Assembly: GCA_041743505.1 (NCBI GenBank)
Contig: JBGTMQ010000017.1
Span: 85,368-149,367, forward strand
From: Candidatus Saccharimonadia bacterium
GTDB taxonomy: Bacteria; Patescibacteriota; Saccharimonadia; UBA4664
Direction: 5' to 3'
Length of the DNA: 64,000 nt
Below the pieces are notes generated by a model, which was not told the origin of the DNA, did no database searches, and saw nothing but the letters and a program-made list of their open reading frames with translations. Shown here piece by piece: positions 19,582 through 28,722 of this stretch (its first letter is position 1; each line of letters begins with the position of its first letter). The translations under genes and the position numbers were made by a program.

Positions 19582-19725
19582 CCGCTCTATTATAATTACC
19601 TTGCCAAAAGTGTCAATTGGTGGCATATTATCCAAGGACAAACCGGTCGCATCACCAGTCAGCCCGCACCTACTCATCTGGCAGGTCCAAAAGACGCTGC
19701 CAAGACTACGCAAAGGAGCATAACC

Positions 19726-20046
19726 ATGTCAGCTACGGTCACGTCGAGCCCACACTATCAGGTCTCGACCGAGCCCGGGCAGCATGATGGCCTTACCGCA
19801 GACCAGCTAACCGAGATCGACGTTGAATTCATCGTTGCGCTCGGCAATCTCGTCAAACCGGGTACAGATCCGAAAACTATCATTCCGGCGCTGGCAAGCC
19901 GGCTAAGGTACTTTCCGCCTGAGCACATTGCCCTGGCTCTCGATCGTAGCCGCGCAACCGGAGGTCTTGCTCGCCTGGTTAGTTTGTACAAAGATGAGCA
20001 TCCTCCCGTGGTAACGGACGCGCTCGACCGCTGCTACCATCGGTAA
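19726..20046 (+). CDS. hypothetical protein
   Basis: ATG 19726 is preceded by an AAAGGAG RBS; 106 aa, no motif recognised. Confidence 0.4.
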   Translation: MSATVTSSPHYQVSTEPGQHDGLTADQLTEIDVEFIVALGNLVKPGTDPKTIIPALASRLRYFPPEHIALALDRSRATGGLARLVSLYKDEHPPVVTDALDRCYHR

Positions 20047-20217
20047 TCTTTCTCAACAAGCGTTATAATAACGCTTACGCACCCACAAAAGGAGGTGAAA
20101 AATGAGCCGGAGGCATGGAGGCGGCAACTGCCAATTGCTTGGCGGCAGCGAGAGCGGCAACTAGCCAAAACATCCGCTCAACAGGGCCGGAGAACACATC
20201 AGTTCTCCGGCCCTCAT

Positions 20218-21408
20218 TCATTTCCTCTGCCTCCGCTTCCGCTCTGGTTTTACCCAGCCGTTTGGGACCGCCTCGGGATCATCAATCGTCTCGTCATCCC
20301 AAGCCATGGGCGGCGGGAATCTCCCGCGCCGTTTGGCGCCGCCCTCACAATCAGAGTTATCAGCATAAAAGGCCATGACCGCTTCAAACGTCCTGGTTCG
20401 CACCCATTCGTACTGACCACTGCTAATCTTGGCCACGGTTACGTAACCAACGCCGGCGCCGGCAGCGATCTCTCGAAGCCGCCACTTATTCCATTGCAGT
20501 GCCTGAATTCTCCGCCGGGCTCCCAACGCCCGGACACCCTTGTCGACTGCCAGCGGGTCAAAGCCAACCGCAATTATTGCCGCCGCATCGGCCGCATTAA
20601 CCCACTTTAGGCCTCTGTTCTTGGCTTTGTATAGGATCCCGAACACTCTGGTATAAGGCCGCTTAGCCCCCCGCGCAATCGCTCCCATCGGCATGCCTTG
20701 GTCAAGCAGCAGCTCAATGTGCCGTACCACCGGACCCACCCGCACCCGCTTCGCTGTCAGGCTTCCATCTCTCAGCGACGCTAAATGCAGTTGCTCAACA
20801 TGCACGGTGAGCTCTCGCCTGATCGCACCAGCATCCACGAGGCTCCAATCCGGCTGGCTTTTCGGATCATCGATCGAACTATCCGGCCATGCTTCCGCCG
20901 GCGGATATTGCTTAAGCTCGGCCCGGTCATGTGCAGTCAGCGAATCACCAAGCTCAAACTTGTGGGCCTGATAAAACTCGTCAAGCAATCCAGCCACCGC
21001 CGTCGAGAGTTTCCGCTCTGTACCACGCATAATGTCCGCCACGGTCGCGCAGCCGACGCCAGAACCATCCGCCACGGTTACAAGCCGCCACCCACGCCGG
21101 GCCAAGGCAAACAATCGTCGTCGAAACCGGAAGGCGTTAGGACCAGCCGCAGCCAAATGGTCCCTCCTGGCCTCCAAAGCAAAGATCCGCTCCGCCTTTT
21201 CAGCCAAAATTCGCTTCGGTCTCGGCTTACCAGTCGTTCCGCGCATTATCACCGTCACGTCACTTGGCGACAGATTAGCTGCCTGCTCAATCTCCCGTGC
21301 CGTAATCTGTTGATCCAGGAGGATTTGAATCGTGACGCGGACCAGCCCGGCGTCAACCCAGCAAGCCATTCGGGCTCCTTTTCTCTTTTCACAAGGTGCT
21401 CTGATCAC
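20218..21408 (-). CDS. hypothetical protein with 3-4 tandem helix-turn-helix-like repeats
   Basis: Internal repeats of the form W-R/L-x-V/I-A-x-G-x-G-V-G-x-x-T-V-A-x-I, e.g. IAAGAGVGYVTVAKISSG and VTVADGSGVGCATVADIMRG. Basic C-terminal tail. Confidence 0.45.
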   Translation of the reverse strand: MIRAPCEKRKGARMACWVDAGLVRVTIQILLDQQITAREIEQAANLSPSDVTVIMRGTTGKPRPKRILAEKAERIFALEARRDHLAAAGPNAFRFRRRLFALARRGWRLVTVADGSGVGCATVADIMRGTERKLSTAVAGLLDEFYQAHKFELGDSLTAHDRAELKQYPPAEAWPDSSIDDPKSQPDWSLVDAGAIRRELTVHVEQLHLASLRDGSLTAKRVRVGPVVRHIELLLDQGMPMGAIARGAKRPYTRVFGILYKAKNRGLKWVNAADAAAIIAVGFDPLAVDKGVRALGARRRIQALQWNKWRLREIAAGAGVGYVTVAKISSGQYEWVRTRTFEAVMAFYADNSDCEGGAKRRGRFPPPMAWDDETIDDPEAVPNGWVKPERKRRQRK

Positions 21409-21556
21409 TTAATTATTTGCACACGCTAGCTGGCAACACAACCTCCATGGCTCCGGTCTCATGCCAATGCCCCCGCACGGTAAAACCAGTACGGGGGCAT
21501 TTTATCCCAAGGATCTCGCCACCCGAATCCCTGAAATTATCAAAGCCGCCACGAAG

Positions 21557-22342
21557 CTAAGCCTCGGGCATAGCTAGGCCAACGACATGAAAACCTCCGT
21601 CAACGTGCACGATTTCGCCGGTAGTCGCCGGAAACCAATCCGACAATAACGCCACGCAAGCCCGGGCTGCCGGAGTCTGGTTCCTGGTATCCCAACCCAA
21701 GGGCGCGCGAGTGCTCCAGGGGCCAGCGATACTATCGAAACCCGGGATCGACTTGGCTGCCATCGTAGCCAATGGGCCGGCTGATACAAGATTGACCCGA
21801 ACTTGGTAAGGCCCAAGATAAACCGCCAAGTAGCGGGCGGTAGCCTCCAAAGCTGCCTTGGCTACACCCATCCAGTCATAGGCCGGCCAAGTTCGGCTGG
21901 CGTCAAAGTCCAATCCCACGATTGAACCACCGTGCTCCTGCATCAACGGCAGCAAAGCACCAGCCAATGCCTTGAGGGAGAAAGCAGAGGTTTGCAACGC
22001 CACTGACACGTCTGACCACGGCGCACCGAGAAAATCCCCTCCCAAGCAAGAACTCGGCGCGAAGGCCACGCTATGGAGTAATCCATCCAGCTTACCCCAC
22101 CGCCGGCCAAGCTCTCCTGATACCTCGGACAGGTGATCAGGATTGTTTACATCAAGCTCCAGCACATCCGGTGGAGCTGGTAATTTCTTGGCCACTCGGC
22201 GGGTCAAGTTTAACCCCCGCCCAAAGCCTGTCAACGCCAGCTCAGCGCCTTGCTCTTGAGCCACGCGTGCCACTTCATAGGCAATGGAGCCCTCAGTTAA
22301 GACGCCGGTTATCAACAATGACTTATTATCCAACAGCCCCAT
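21557..22342 (-). CDS. fabI: enoyl-[acyl-carrier-protein] reductase (NADH) FabI
   Basis: LLxNKSLLITGVLTEGSIAYEVARVAQEQGAEL N-terminal Rossmann/FabI signature; 261 aa. Confidence 0.85.
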   Translation of the reverse strand: MGLLDNKSLLITGVLTEGSIAYEVARVAQEQGAELALTGFGRGLNLTRRVAKKLPAPPDVLELDVNNPDHLSEVSGELGRRWGKLDGLLHSVAFAPSSCLGGDFLGAPWSDVSVALQTSAFSLKALAGALLPLMQEHGGSIVGLDFDASRTWPAYDWMGVAKAALEATARYLAVYLGPYQVRVNLVSAGPLATMAAKSIPGFDSIAGPWSTRAPLGWDTRNQTPAARACVALLSDWFPATTGEIVHVDGGFHVVGLAMPEA

Positions 22343-22546
22343 CGGGGCCTCCTTAAGTCAGATGGGACGGACAGTTTAAGTATTAACATGGGCAAGCATC
22401 GATCCGCAATTAAACTAACCTCCATGCCTGCATACCGCTCTCATGCTCTCTCTGTAACGTGCTACACTGATGCGCATGATGAGCTCAAGATAACCATCTG
22501 AGTGTAATCTCTCACCACATAACGACAACGTTTGAGAGGAGCCTAA

Positions 22547-25099
22547 ATGCCCCACCAACTCGACAAAACCTACGATCCCACCAAACACGAAGCTAAAATA
22601 TATCAACGCTGGGAAGACTCCGGTGCCTTCAAACCGAACCCTAAAGCCAAAAAAGATCCATTTAGCATCATTCTGCCCCCACCTAACGCCAACGGCCACA
22701 TCCACGTCGGCACGGCCATGTTCACCATCGAGGACATCATGATCCGCTACCGTCGCATGCAAGGCCACCCGGCCCTGTGGCTGCCAGGAATGGATCATGC
22801 CGGTATCGAAACCCAAGTTGTCTACGAACGTGAGCTCGCCAAAGAGGGCAAATCTCGCTTTGATTTCACCCGTGAGCAGTTCTACAACAACGTCATGGAC
22901 TACACCAAGACTAACCAGTCCATCATGATCGCCGAGCTCAAAAGCATGGGCTTTAGCCTAGATTGGAGCCGCCTCAAGTTCACCCTCGACCCTGATATCA
23001 CCGAAATCGTCTACGACACCTTCAAACGCCTCCATGACGCCGGCTACATCTATCGCGGCAACCGCATCGTCAATTGGTGCCCTTTCTGCCGCTCCGCCTT
23101 CGCCGACATCGAGGTCAAATACCGCGAGCAACTCGATCCGCTGTACTACATCAAATATGGTCCCTTCGTGCTCGCCACCGTCCGCCCCGAAACCAAATTT
23201 GGTGACACCGCTGTAGCCGTTAACCCCAAAGACCAGCGCTACACCAAATACGTCGGTCAAGAAATCGAAGCCGAAAGCGTGCTCGGGCACAAATTCAAAC
23301 TCAAAGTCATCGCCGACGACCATGTCGATCCCGAATTCGGCACCGGCGTCGTCAAAGTCACTCCCGCCCACGACCCCAACGACTGGGAAATGGGCTTGCG
23401 CCATAATCTGGAAGTCAAACAAGCCATCGGCACCGACGGCCGCCTAACCGGGCTCACCGGCAAGTACGCCGGCATGCCTGCCACTGAGGCCCGCGCCCAA
23501 ATCGCCCATGACATGGAAGAACGCGGCCTCATGGACCACATCGACATGAATTATAAACACAGCGTCGGCTACCACGATCGCTGCGGCACCCTCATAGAGC
23601 CCCTCGTAGTGGAGCAGTGGTGGTTGCGCGTCGGTGAGCTCAAAAAACCGGCTATCCAGGCCATCAAATCCGGCGAAATCAAATTCGTGCCCGAACGCTT
23701 CACCAAAGCTGCCCTCGACTGGCTGGAAAATCTTCGCGACTGGAACATCAGCCGTCAGAACTGGTGGGGCATGCGCGTCCCGGTCTACTACAATGCTTCC
23801 GGCGACAAATCCAAACCCGAATACATCATCGGCACCGAAGAAGATGCCGTCAAAACCTACGGCAAAGGCGGCTACGAAGCCGAAACCGACAATTTCGACA
23901 CCTGGTTCAGCTCCGGCCAGTGGCCCTTTGCCACGCTCATGGCCACTGGCGACTTCGATAAGGGCTCCTACCCTACCTCAGTCATGGAAACCGGCCGTGA
24001 CATCCTCTTCCTCTGGGTCACCCGCATGATGATGCTCGGCCTCTTCCGCACCGGCGAAGTTCCCTTCCGCACCGTCTACCTGCATGGCATGGTCACCGAC
24101 GCCCACGGCAAAAAAATGTCCAAATCCAAGGGTAATGTCATTAACCCCCTGGAAATGACCGGCAAATACGGCACCGACGCGTTGCGCCTGGCCCTCACCA
24201 TCGGCATCACCCCCGGCAACGACGGTGCAATCTCGGAGCAAAAAATCGAAGGTTACCGCAACTTCAATAACAAACTCTGGAACGTTGCCCGCTTCATCCT
24301 CGGCCAATTACCCGAAGATTACCTCCCCGCTGAGCCCAAGCTCACTTCCCCCGCTGATCATTGGATGATGGCCAAGCTCAACACAGCCACCCGCGACACC
24401 ACCAAGGCCATCGGGGACTACCGCTTCTCTGAAGCCGGCCAAATCATCTATTCCCTACTCTGGGACGACTTCGCTGATTGGTACCTGGAAGCCTCCAAGG
24501 TCTCACCCAACCACGACTTGCTCATCTACGGCCTCGAAACCATCCTCAAACTGGTCCATCCCATCGCCCCATTTGTATCTGAAGCCATCTGGAGCCAGCT
24601 CCCCTGGCAAAAACAACAGCTCATCGTCACGCCCTGGCCTGAACCCGCCACCATCAAAACCAGCAATAAAGCCGCACTTGAGTTCGAAAACCTGAAACAA
24701 GTCGTCCAAGCCACCCGCACCGTCGCCGCCGAAGAACAATTATCCAAACCAACCATCCTCACCACCAATGACCAGCTCATCCAATCAGCCGGCCTCATCC
24801 AGCGCCTCGCTAGGGCAGGGGAGGTTAAGCGGGTAGAGCAGGGAAGTGGCCTCTACCTCGATACAACCGCCGATGCCTGGCTCCAGGCCGACGACAAGCT
24901 CATCAACGCTCGCCGCCGCCGCCTCACTGGGCAACGCAACGAAAAAGCCGCCTACCTCAAAACCCTCGAATCCAAGCTAGGCAACACCAAATACGTCGAA
25001 TCCGCCCCGGCTAACATCGTCCAAGAAACCCGTGATCGCCGCAATGAGACCGCCCAACTGCTCGAAAAACTCGATAGTCAACTCAAAACATTAAATTAG
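22547..25099 (+). CDS. valS: valine--tRNA ligase
   Basis: PPPNANGxIHVGTA HIGH-type motif, KMSKSKGNVI, TWFSSGQWPF, and a C-terminal coiled-coil tail; 850 aa. Confidence 0.9.
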   Translation: MPHQLDKTYDPTKHEAKIYQRWEDSGAFKPNPKAKKDPFSIILPPPNANGHIHVGTAMFTIEDIMIRYRRMQGHPALWLPGMDHAGIETQVVYERELAKEGKSRFDFTREQFYNNVMDYTKTNQSIMIAELKSMGFSLDWSRLKFTLDPDITEIVYDTFKRLHDAGYIYRGNRIVNWCPFCRSAFADIEVKYREQLDPLYYIKYGPFVLATVRPETKFGDTAVAVNPKDQRYTKYVGQEIEAESVLGHKFKLKVIADDHVDPEFGTGVVKVTPAHDPNDWEMGLRHNLEVKQAIGTDGRLTGLTGKYAGMPATEARAQIAHDMEERGLMDHIDMNYKHSVGYHDRCGTLIEPLVVEQWWLRVGELKKPAIQAIKSGEIKFVPERFTKAALDWLENLRDWNISRQNWWGMRVPVYYNASGDKSKPEYIIGTEEDAVKTYGKGGYEAETDNFDTWFSSGQWPFATLMATGDFDKGSYPTSVMETGRDILFLWVTRMMMLGLFRTGEVPFRTVYLHGMVTDAHGKKMSKSKGNVINPLEMTGKYGTDALRLALTIGITPGNDGAISEQKIEGYRNFNNKLWNVARFILGQLPEDYLPAEPKLTSPADHWMMAKLNTATRDTTKAIGDYRFSEAGQIIYSLLWDDFADWYLEASKVSPNHDLLIYGLETILKLVHPIAPFVSEAIWSQLPWQKQQLIVTPWPEPATIKTSNKAALEFENLKQVVQATRTVAAEEQLSKPTILTTNDQLIQSAGLIQRLARAGEVKRVEQGSGLYLDTTADAWLQADDKLINARRRRLTGQRNEKAAYLKTLESKLGNTKYVESAPANIVQETRDRRNETAQLLEKLDSQLKTLN

Positions 25100-25123
25100 C
25101 GATAAATTCGGGTATGAAAATAG

Positions 25124-25150
25124 GGGACCGGGAATTATCTCCCGGTCCCC
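25124..25150. terminator. bidirectional terminator hairpin
   Basis: GGGGACCGGG-loop-CCCGGTCCCC between the convergent genes valS and 25164..25682. Confidence 0.5.
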
Positions 25151-25163
25151 TTAAAGATCCTGG

Positions 25164-25682
25164 CTAGTCTAGATTAAGCAGCTGAAACGACCAGTTCGGG
25201 CGGTTGCCGCTCACGGTCAGAAGAGTCGAATTCTCAACCAACCAGACCTCCACCTGGTCACCCGCTAGCAGCAGTTGGTTTATCGCATCGGTCTTAGTAC
25301 TACCAAATACCTCGGCCACCTCATCGACTGCTGAACACACCCGCTCCAGGAGAATGAATGTCTCCTTGGTATTTACCGGCTTCCGGCGAAGACCAACCTT
25401 CACCAAGAGGCCATAGAACCAGCCCTTAATTACTGCTCGCCGGCTTGGGTCATTAACCTTATAAAACTCAATATTGTCGCTATCCGGTCGCCGCAGTCCA
25501 ATCTGCAGGCCGTTCACCATCGGCAGCGTAATTTGAGCCCCACGCCATATAAGCCGGTTAGCGGCCTCCTCGCGATCACCGCCGTATCTGGCAACAGACC
25601 GGCCAATCGCTCGTTCCGCCCGCGGAGTCAGGAAAACCGTCATAGCCGTATCTTCGCCATCCCAGTGAAAGATATCCTGCAT
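25164..25682 (-). CDS. hypothetical protein
   Basis: 172-aa ORF, no motif recognised. Confidence 0.4.
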   Translation of the reverse strand: MQDIFHWDGEDTAMTVFLTPRAERAIGRSVARYGGDREEAANRLIWRGAQITLPMVNGLQIGLRRPDSDNIEFYKVNDPSRRAVIKGWFYGLLVKVGLRRKPVNTKETFILLERVCSAVDEVAEVFGSTKTDAINQLLLAGDQVEVWLVENSTLLTVSGNRPNWSFQLLNLD

Positions 25683-25814
25683 GGTCTCACTCCATTCCGG
25701 AGCCGCCTGGTCAATTCAAAGAACGTAATGAAGCTTATACCATATAACCCCCGCAATTCAAGTTCATGTCCCACGATCACTGCCACGAAACGCTCATGCT
25801 ACTATCAAAGCTAG

Positions 25815-26651
25815 ATGAGTAACTCAAAGCCCTCCAGTCGTAGTAACGTCGGTTTCTGGCTCGCCGCCGGCCTGATCACCGTCTCAGCCGCCGGGCTGGC
25901 CGCCTCAGCCTGGCCGCTGGTCATGGCCACCGCCCACACTCAATCCGACCGGCTGTTTGAAGCAGGGAAGACCGCACAGGGGAGTGAGGCCCAGCTCAAC
26001 TTTGACCTGGCCGTCCGTCTCAACCCCAGCAACCAGCCGGCAGCCCTTGAGCTCGCCCGCACCCAAATAGCCGCCGGTCAGAGTCAACAAGCCACCCGGA
26101 CCCTCGGGCGGGCAGGGGAGGGGACTGAGGCACTACGCCTCCGGCTCAAATCACAGCTGGAACTCGGCCGGCTCAACGATGCCGCCGCCTCAGCCAACAA
26201 ACTAGCTACTACCGTCTCCACTACCAACGATGATCTGGTCTTAGCCGCCCTCACCAACATTCTCAACGCCAATAGCGAGCGCAACCAGAACCTGGTAGGC
26301 CGTATAACCGCACCAGAGGCCGCTGGACGCGTTGCAGCCGCGCAGTCGGACAAAATAACCCTGGCACGAGAACTATACGCCAGCGGGCTTCTAGAGAGCT
26401 CAAAACGCTTGCTCGTGAAACAACCGCCCTCGTACGAGCGTGATTACCTCCTGGCTAACATCGATTATACCCAGCCCACCTCGGATAACCTGACCTCGGC
26501 TGAAAAGCACGCAACTACCGCCGTCGCGCTCAACCCAGTCAGCCAACCAGCCCGCCAACTCCTCATCCGCATACTAAACGCCAGCGATAAAACCGAAGCC
26601 GCTGCCAAACAACAGCGGCTCCTAGCTCAATTAAAAAGCGGCCGGCCCTAA
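25815..26651 (+). CDS. hypothetical membrane-anchored protein, helical-repeat (TPR-like) ectodomain
   Basis: N-terminal TM helix, then an Ala/Leu-rich helical-repeat region. Confidence 0.4.
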   Translation: MSNSKPSSRSNVGFWLAAGLITVSAAGLAASAWPLVMATAHTQSDRLFEAGKTAQGSEAQLNFDLAVRLNPSNQPAALELARTQIAAGQSQQATRTLGRAGEGTEALRLRLKSQLELGRLNDAAASANKLATTVSTTNDDLVLAALTNILNANSERNQNLVGRITAPEAAGRVAAAQSDKITLARELYASGLLESSKRLLVKQPPSYERDYLLANIDYTQPTSDNLTSAEKHATTAVALNPVSQPARQLLIRILNASDKTEAAAKQQRLLAQLKSGRP

Positions 26652-27295
26652 AATCGGCTGCCACCCGAAGCAGATCCCAGCCAGGTATGGGGGTTGCCAT
26701 CCCAACACCAGCCAAGATTCGGGCACTTCTGTCCATTAATCCAAATAGCCGGAACTCGCTTATCACCACTATGACGGGAAGCCAGCAACGAAAAACAGCT
26801 ATTCTTCCTTAAAAAATCCGGAAATTGAGTAACAATCGCCACTCCCTCGTCAATGGTGAGGGGTAAGCGGTTATCATTCACGATCAGTTTCATCGCCTCA
26901 CTCGGCGGTAAATTGATAGTATCCTTCCCTCGGTCTATATCAATCAACAAGTAGGCCTTAGCTTTGGGAATAAGGGCACCTTGAATCGGCAGAAAGTCTT
27001 TCGGCTCATGAGGATATAACTTTATGACCCCGCGCTTACCTTCGCGCTCCACAAGCGCCATAGCGGCATCCGTACCCACTAAGTCGCTTTTGATAACGAT
27101 CACGAACGGCAGCCGCCCTGCCTCTAGATCAACCTCGGGAGCAACCAAATCTGCCAGCTTTAATCTAAGCGGCTCAATGTGGGCCAAAAACTCCTCAGCC
27201 GGCAATCCAGCCGCATCAGCGTAGCCTTTTTGAAGCAGATTATTCACCTGCCTGTCGAAATTCTTGATTAGTTCGCCTGATCCATTGCTCATCAT
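26648..27295 (-). CDS. hypothetical protein
   Basis: The ORF extends to 27340, but that would overlap tRNA-Ser. The likely start is Met 27295 (MSNGSGEL...). Confidence 0.4.
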   Translation of the reverse strand: MMSNGSGELIKNFDRQVNNLLQKGYADAAGLPAEEFLAHIEPLRLKLADLVAPEVDLEAGRLPFVIVIKSDLVGTDAAMALVEREGKRGVIKLYPHEPKDFLPIQGALIPKAKAYLLIDIDRGKDTINLPPSEAMKLIVNDNRLPLTIDEGVAIVTQFPDFLRKNSCFSLLASRHSGDKRVPAIWINGQKCPNLGWCWDGNPHTWLGSASGGSRF

Positions 27296-27312
27296 TATTG
27301 AATAAATCCTTT

Positions 27313-27402
27313 TGGCGGAGAGGGTGGGATTCGAACCCACGGAAGCCTTGCGGCCTCACCGCATTTCGAGTGCGGCGCACTAGTCCACTATGCGACCTCT
27401 CC
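27313..27402 (-). tRNA. tRNA-Ser (anticodon CGA)
   Basis: Cloverleaf GGAGAGG...CCTCTCCGCCA with a long variable arm, anticodon loop CTCGAAA, encoded CCA. Confidence 0.8.
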
Positions 27403-27549
27403 AGATATAATCAAACCGCACTGTTTCGACGTGAAACATCAGTTTGGCTCTCAAGTTGAACCCACCTAAGGTAGCATATTTTCATCCGTTTGTTGAGGCG
27501 CGCCCAAGTAAATAGCGGCTGGATTGTGTCCAACCGCTACCATCGCCAC

Positions 27550-28167
27550 TCAAGCGGCAAAACGAAACTCCTTCGGCAGCAATTGTTTTAGGCGCTCCCG
27601 CGCACGGAGCGCCAGGGCATTAACTGCTACCCGATTACGGCTCATCACAATCGCAGTCTCTGCTGACGACAAACCCTGAAAGTACCTCAGCCTGATACAT
27701 TCCTGCTGTTCAGGAGTCAACATCCTAATACAACGCCTGAGCTCAGCATGAACGATTAACTCAACCACTTCATGCTCTGGACCACCGCTATCAGAGCCAG
27801 CATCAAGTATCTCAGCGGTGGTCATCTCCAGCCTATGCTGGCTAGACTTCACATGATCCAATATGAGATTACGGGCAATAGTAACCAACCAGGCCCCAAT
27901 ATCTTGACCCTGATAACGAACCGAAGCTATCCGGCGCAACGCTCGCAAAAAGGTCTCGCTGGTTATGTCCTCTGCTAATGAACGGTCGCTGAGACGGAAT
28001 AAAGCAAACCGGAAAATAACGTCACGGTATCTGTCATAAAGCTGCCCATATGCCTCCATGTCGCCTTTCTGAGCAGCCCAGACCAGGTTCCATTGGTCCA
28101 GCAAGGCGCTATCAATCTCGTCAGGCTCTACCGCAGGCTCAATTGCTACTTCCGTCTGAGCGGTCAT
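27550..28167 (-). CDS. RNA polymerase sigma factor, ECF (sigma-70 family group 4)
   Basis: Region 2 (DRYRDVIFRFALFRL..AEDITSETFLRAL) and region 4 HTH (YFQGLSSAETAIVMSRNRVAVNALALRAR); 205 aa. Confidence 0.8.
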   Translation of the reverse strand: MTAQTEVAIEPAVEPDEIDSALLDQWNLVWAAQKGDMEAYGQLYDRYRDVIFRFALFRLSDRSLAEDITSETFLRALRRIASVRYQGQDIGAWLVTIARNLILDHVKSSQHRLEMTTAEILDAGSDSGGPEHEVVELIVHAELRRCIRMLTPEQQECIRLRYFQGLSSAETAIVMSRNRVAVNALALRARERLKQLLPKEFRFAA

Positions 28168-28337
28168 GGTTTACTCCCTTCAGGATCACTCCAGTCCTTG
28201 CGATTGAAAATGAAAATGTGTGAGTACTACTTACGGTCTTCTTTATATTCGCACAGATAAACCAATAATGACCAGCCTTATGCTTACCTGGGGTGCTTCC
28301 CTAAAGTATCAAATTATGGTAATCTCCTAGGGTCCTT

Positions 28338-28413
28338 GCGCTTGTAGCTCAGTGGATAGAGCATCAGCTTGCGGTGCTGAGGGTCGGAGGTTCAAGTCCT
28401 CCCAAGCGCACCA
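28338..28413 (+). tRNA. tRNA-Arg (anticodon GCG as read; 76 nt, CCA encoded)
   Basis: Canonical cloverleaf: acceptor GCGCTTG/CAAGCGC, anticodon stem TCAGC/GCTGA, loop TTGCGGT. A terminator-like hairpin follows. Confidence 0.65.
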
Positions 28414-28499
28414 AGAAAAGTGTCCGAGCCAGTCTCGGGCCTTTTTCTTGGTTACTTCCTGCGCTTGACAGATATAAAACCAGCTATTACATTACTCGA

Positions 28500-28574
28500 G
28501 CGCTTGTAGCTCAATTTGGATAGAGCACTCGGTTTCTAACCGAGGGGTTGTGGGTTCGAGTCCTGCCAAGCGCG
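28500..28574 (+). tRNA. tRNA-Arg (anticodon TCT), possibly divergent
   Basis: Same acceptor and D-arm as the preceding tRNA, anticodon loop TTTCTAA. The T-stem GTGGG/CCTGC needs two G-U pairs and there is no encoded CCA. Confidence 0.55.
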
Positions 28575-28722
28575 CTACATCAAAGTCAATCTAACCGCTC
28601 AGCGGTTTCCGGCTTCGATTCTCCGGTCAACCCGGTCAGGTCACTGACCGGGTTCTTCTTTTAACCAAAGCCTCTCTACAATAAAAACGGCCGGACGATC
28701 GCTCGTCCGGCCTTAACCGTGC

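Noticed and set aside
20095-21429. Plus-strand ORFs 20095..20610, 20785..21429, 21032..21313
   Set aside because: All overlap the 396-aa minus-strand multi-HTH protein, lack RBS or start context, and have odd composition. Treated as spurious.
21450-21500. CCCCCGCACGG...ACGGGGGC hairpin between fabI and the multi-HTH gene
   Set aside because: The T-run is on the plus strand, where no gene ends. On the minus strand (downstream of fabI) there is no U-tract. The function is unclear and it may be incidental.
22343-22546. Possible T-box leader in front of valS
   Set aside because: The conserved T-box sequence (AATTAGGGTGGNACCGCG) and specifier/antiterminator architecture are not present in the 200-nt leader.
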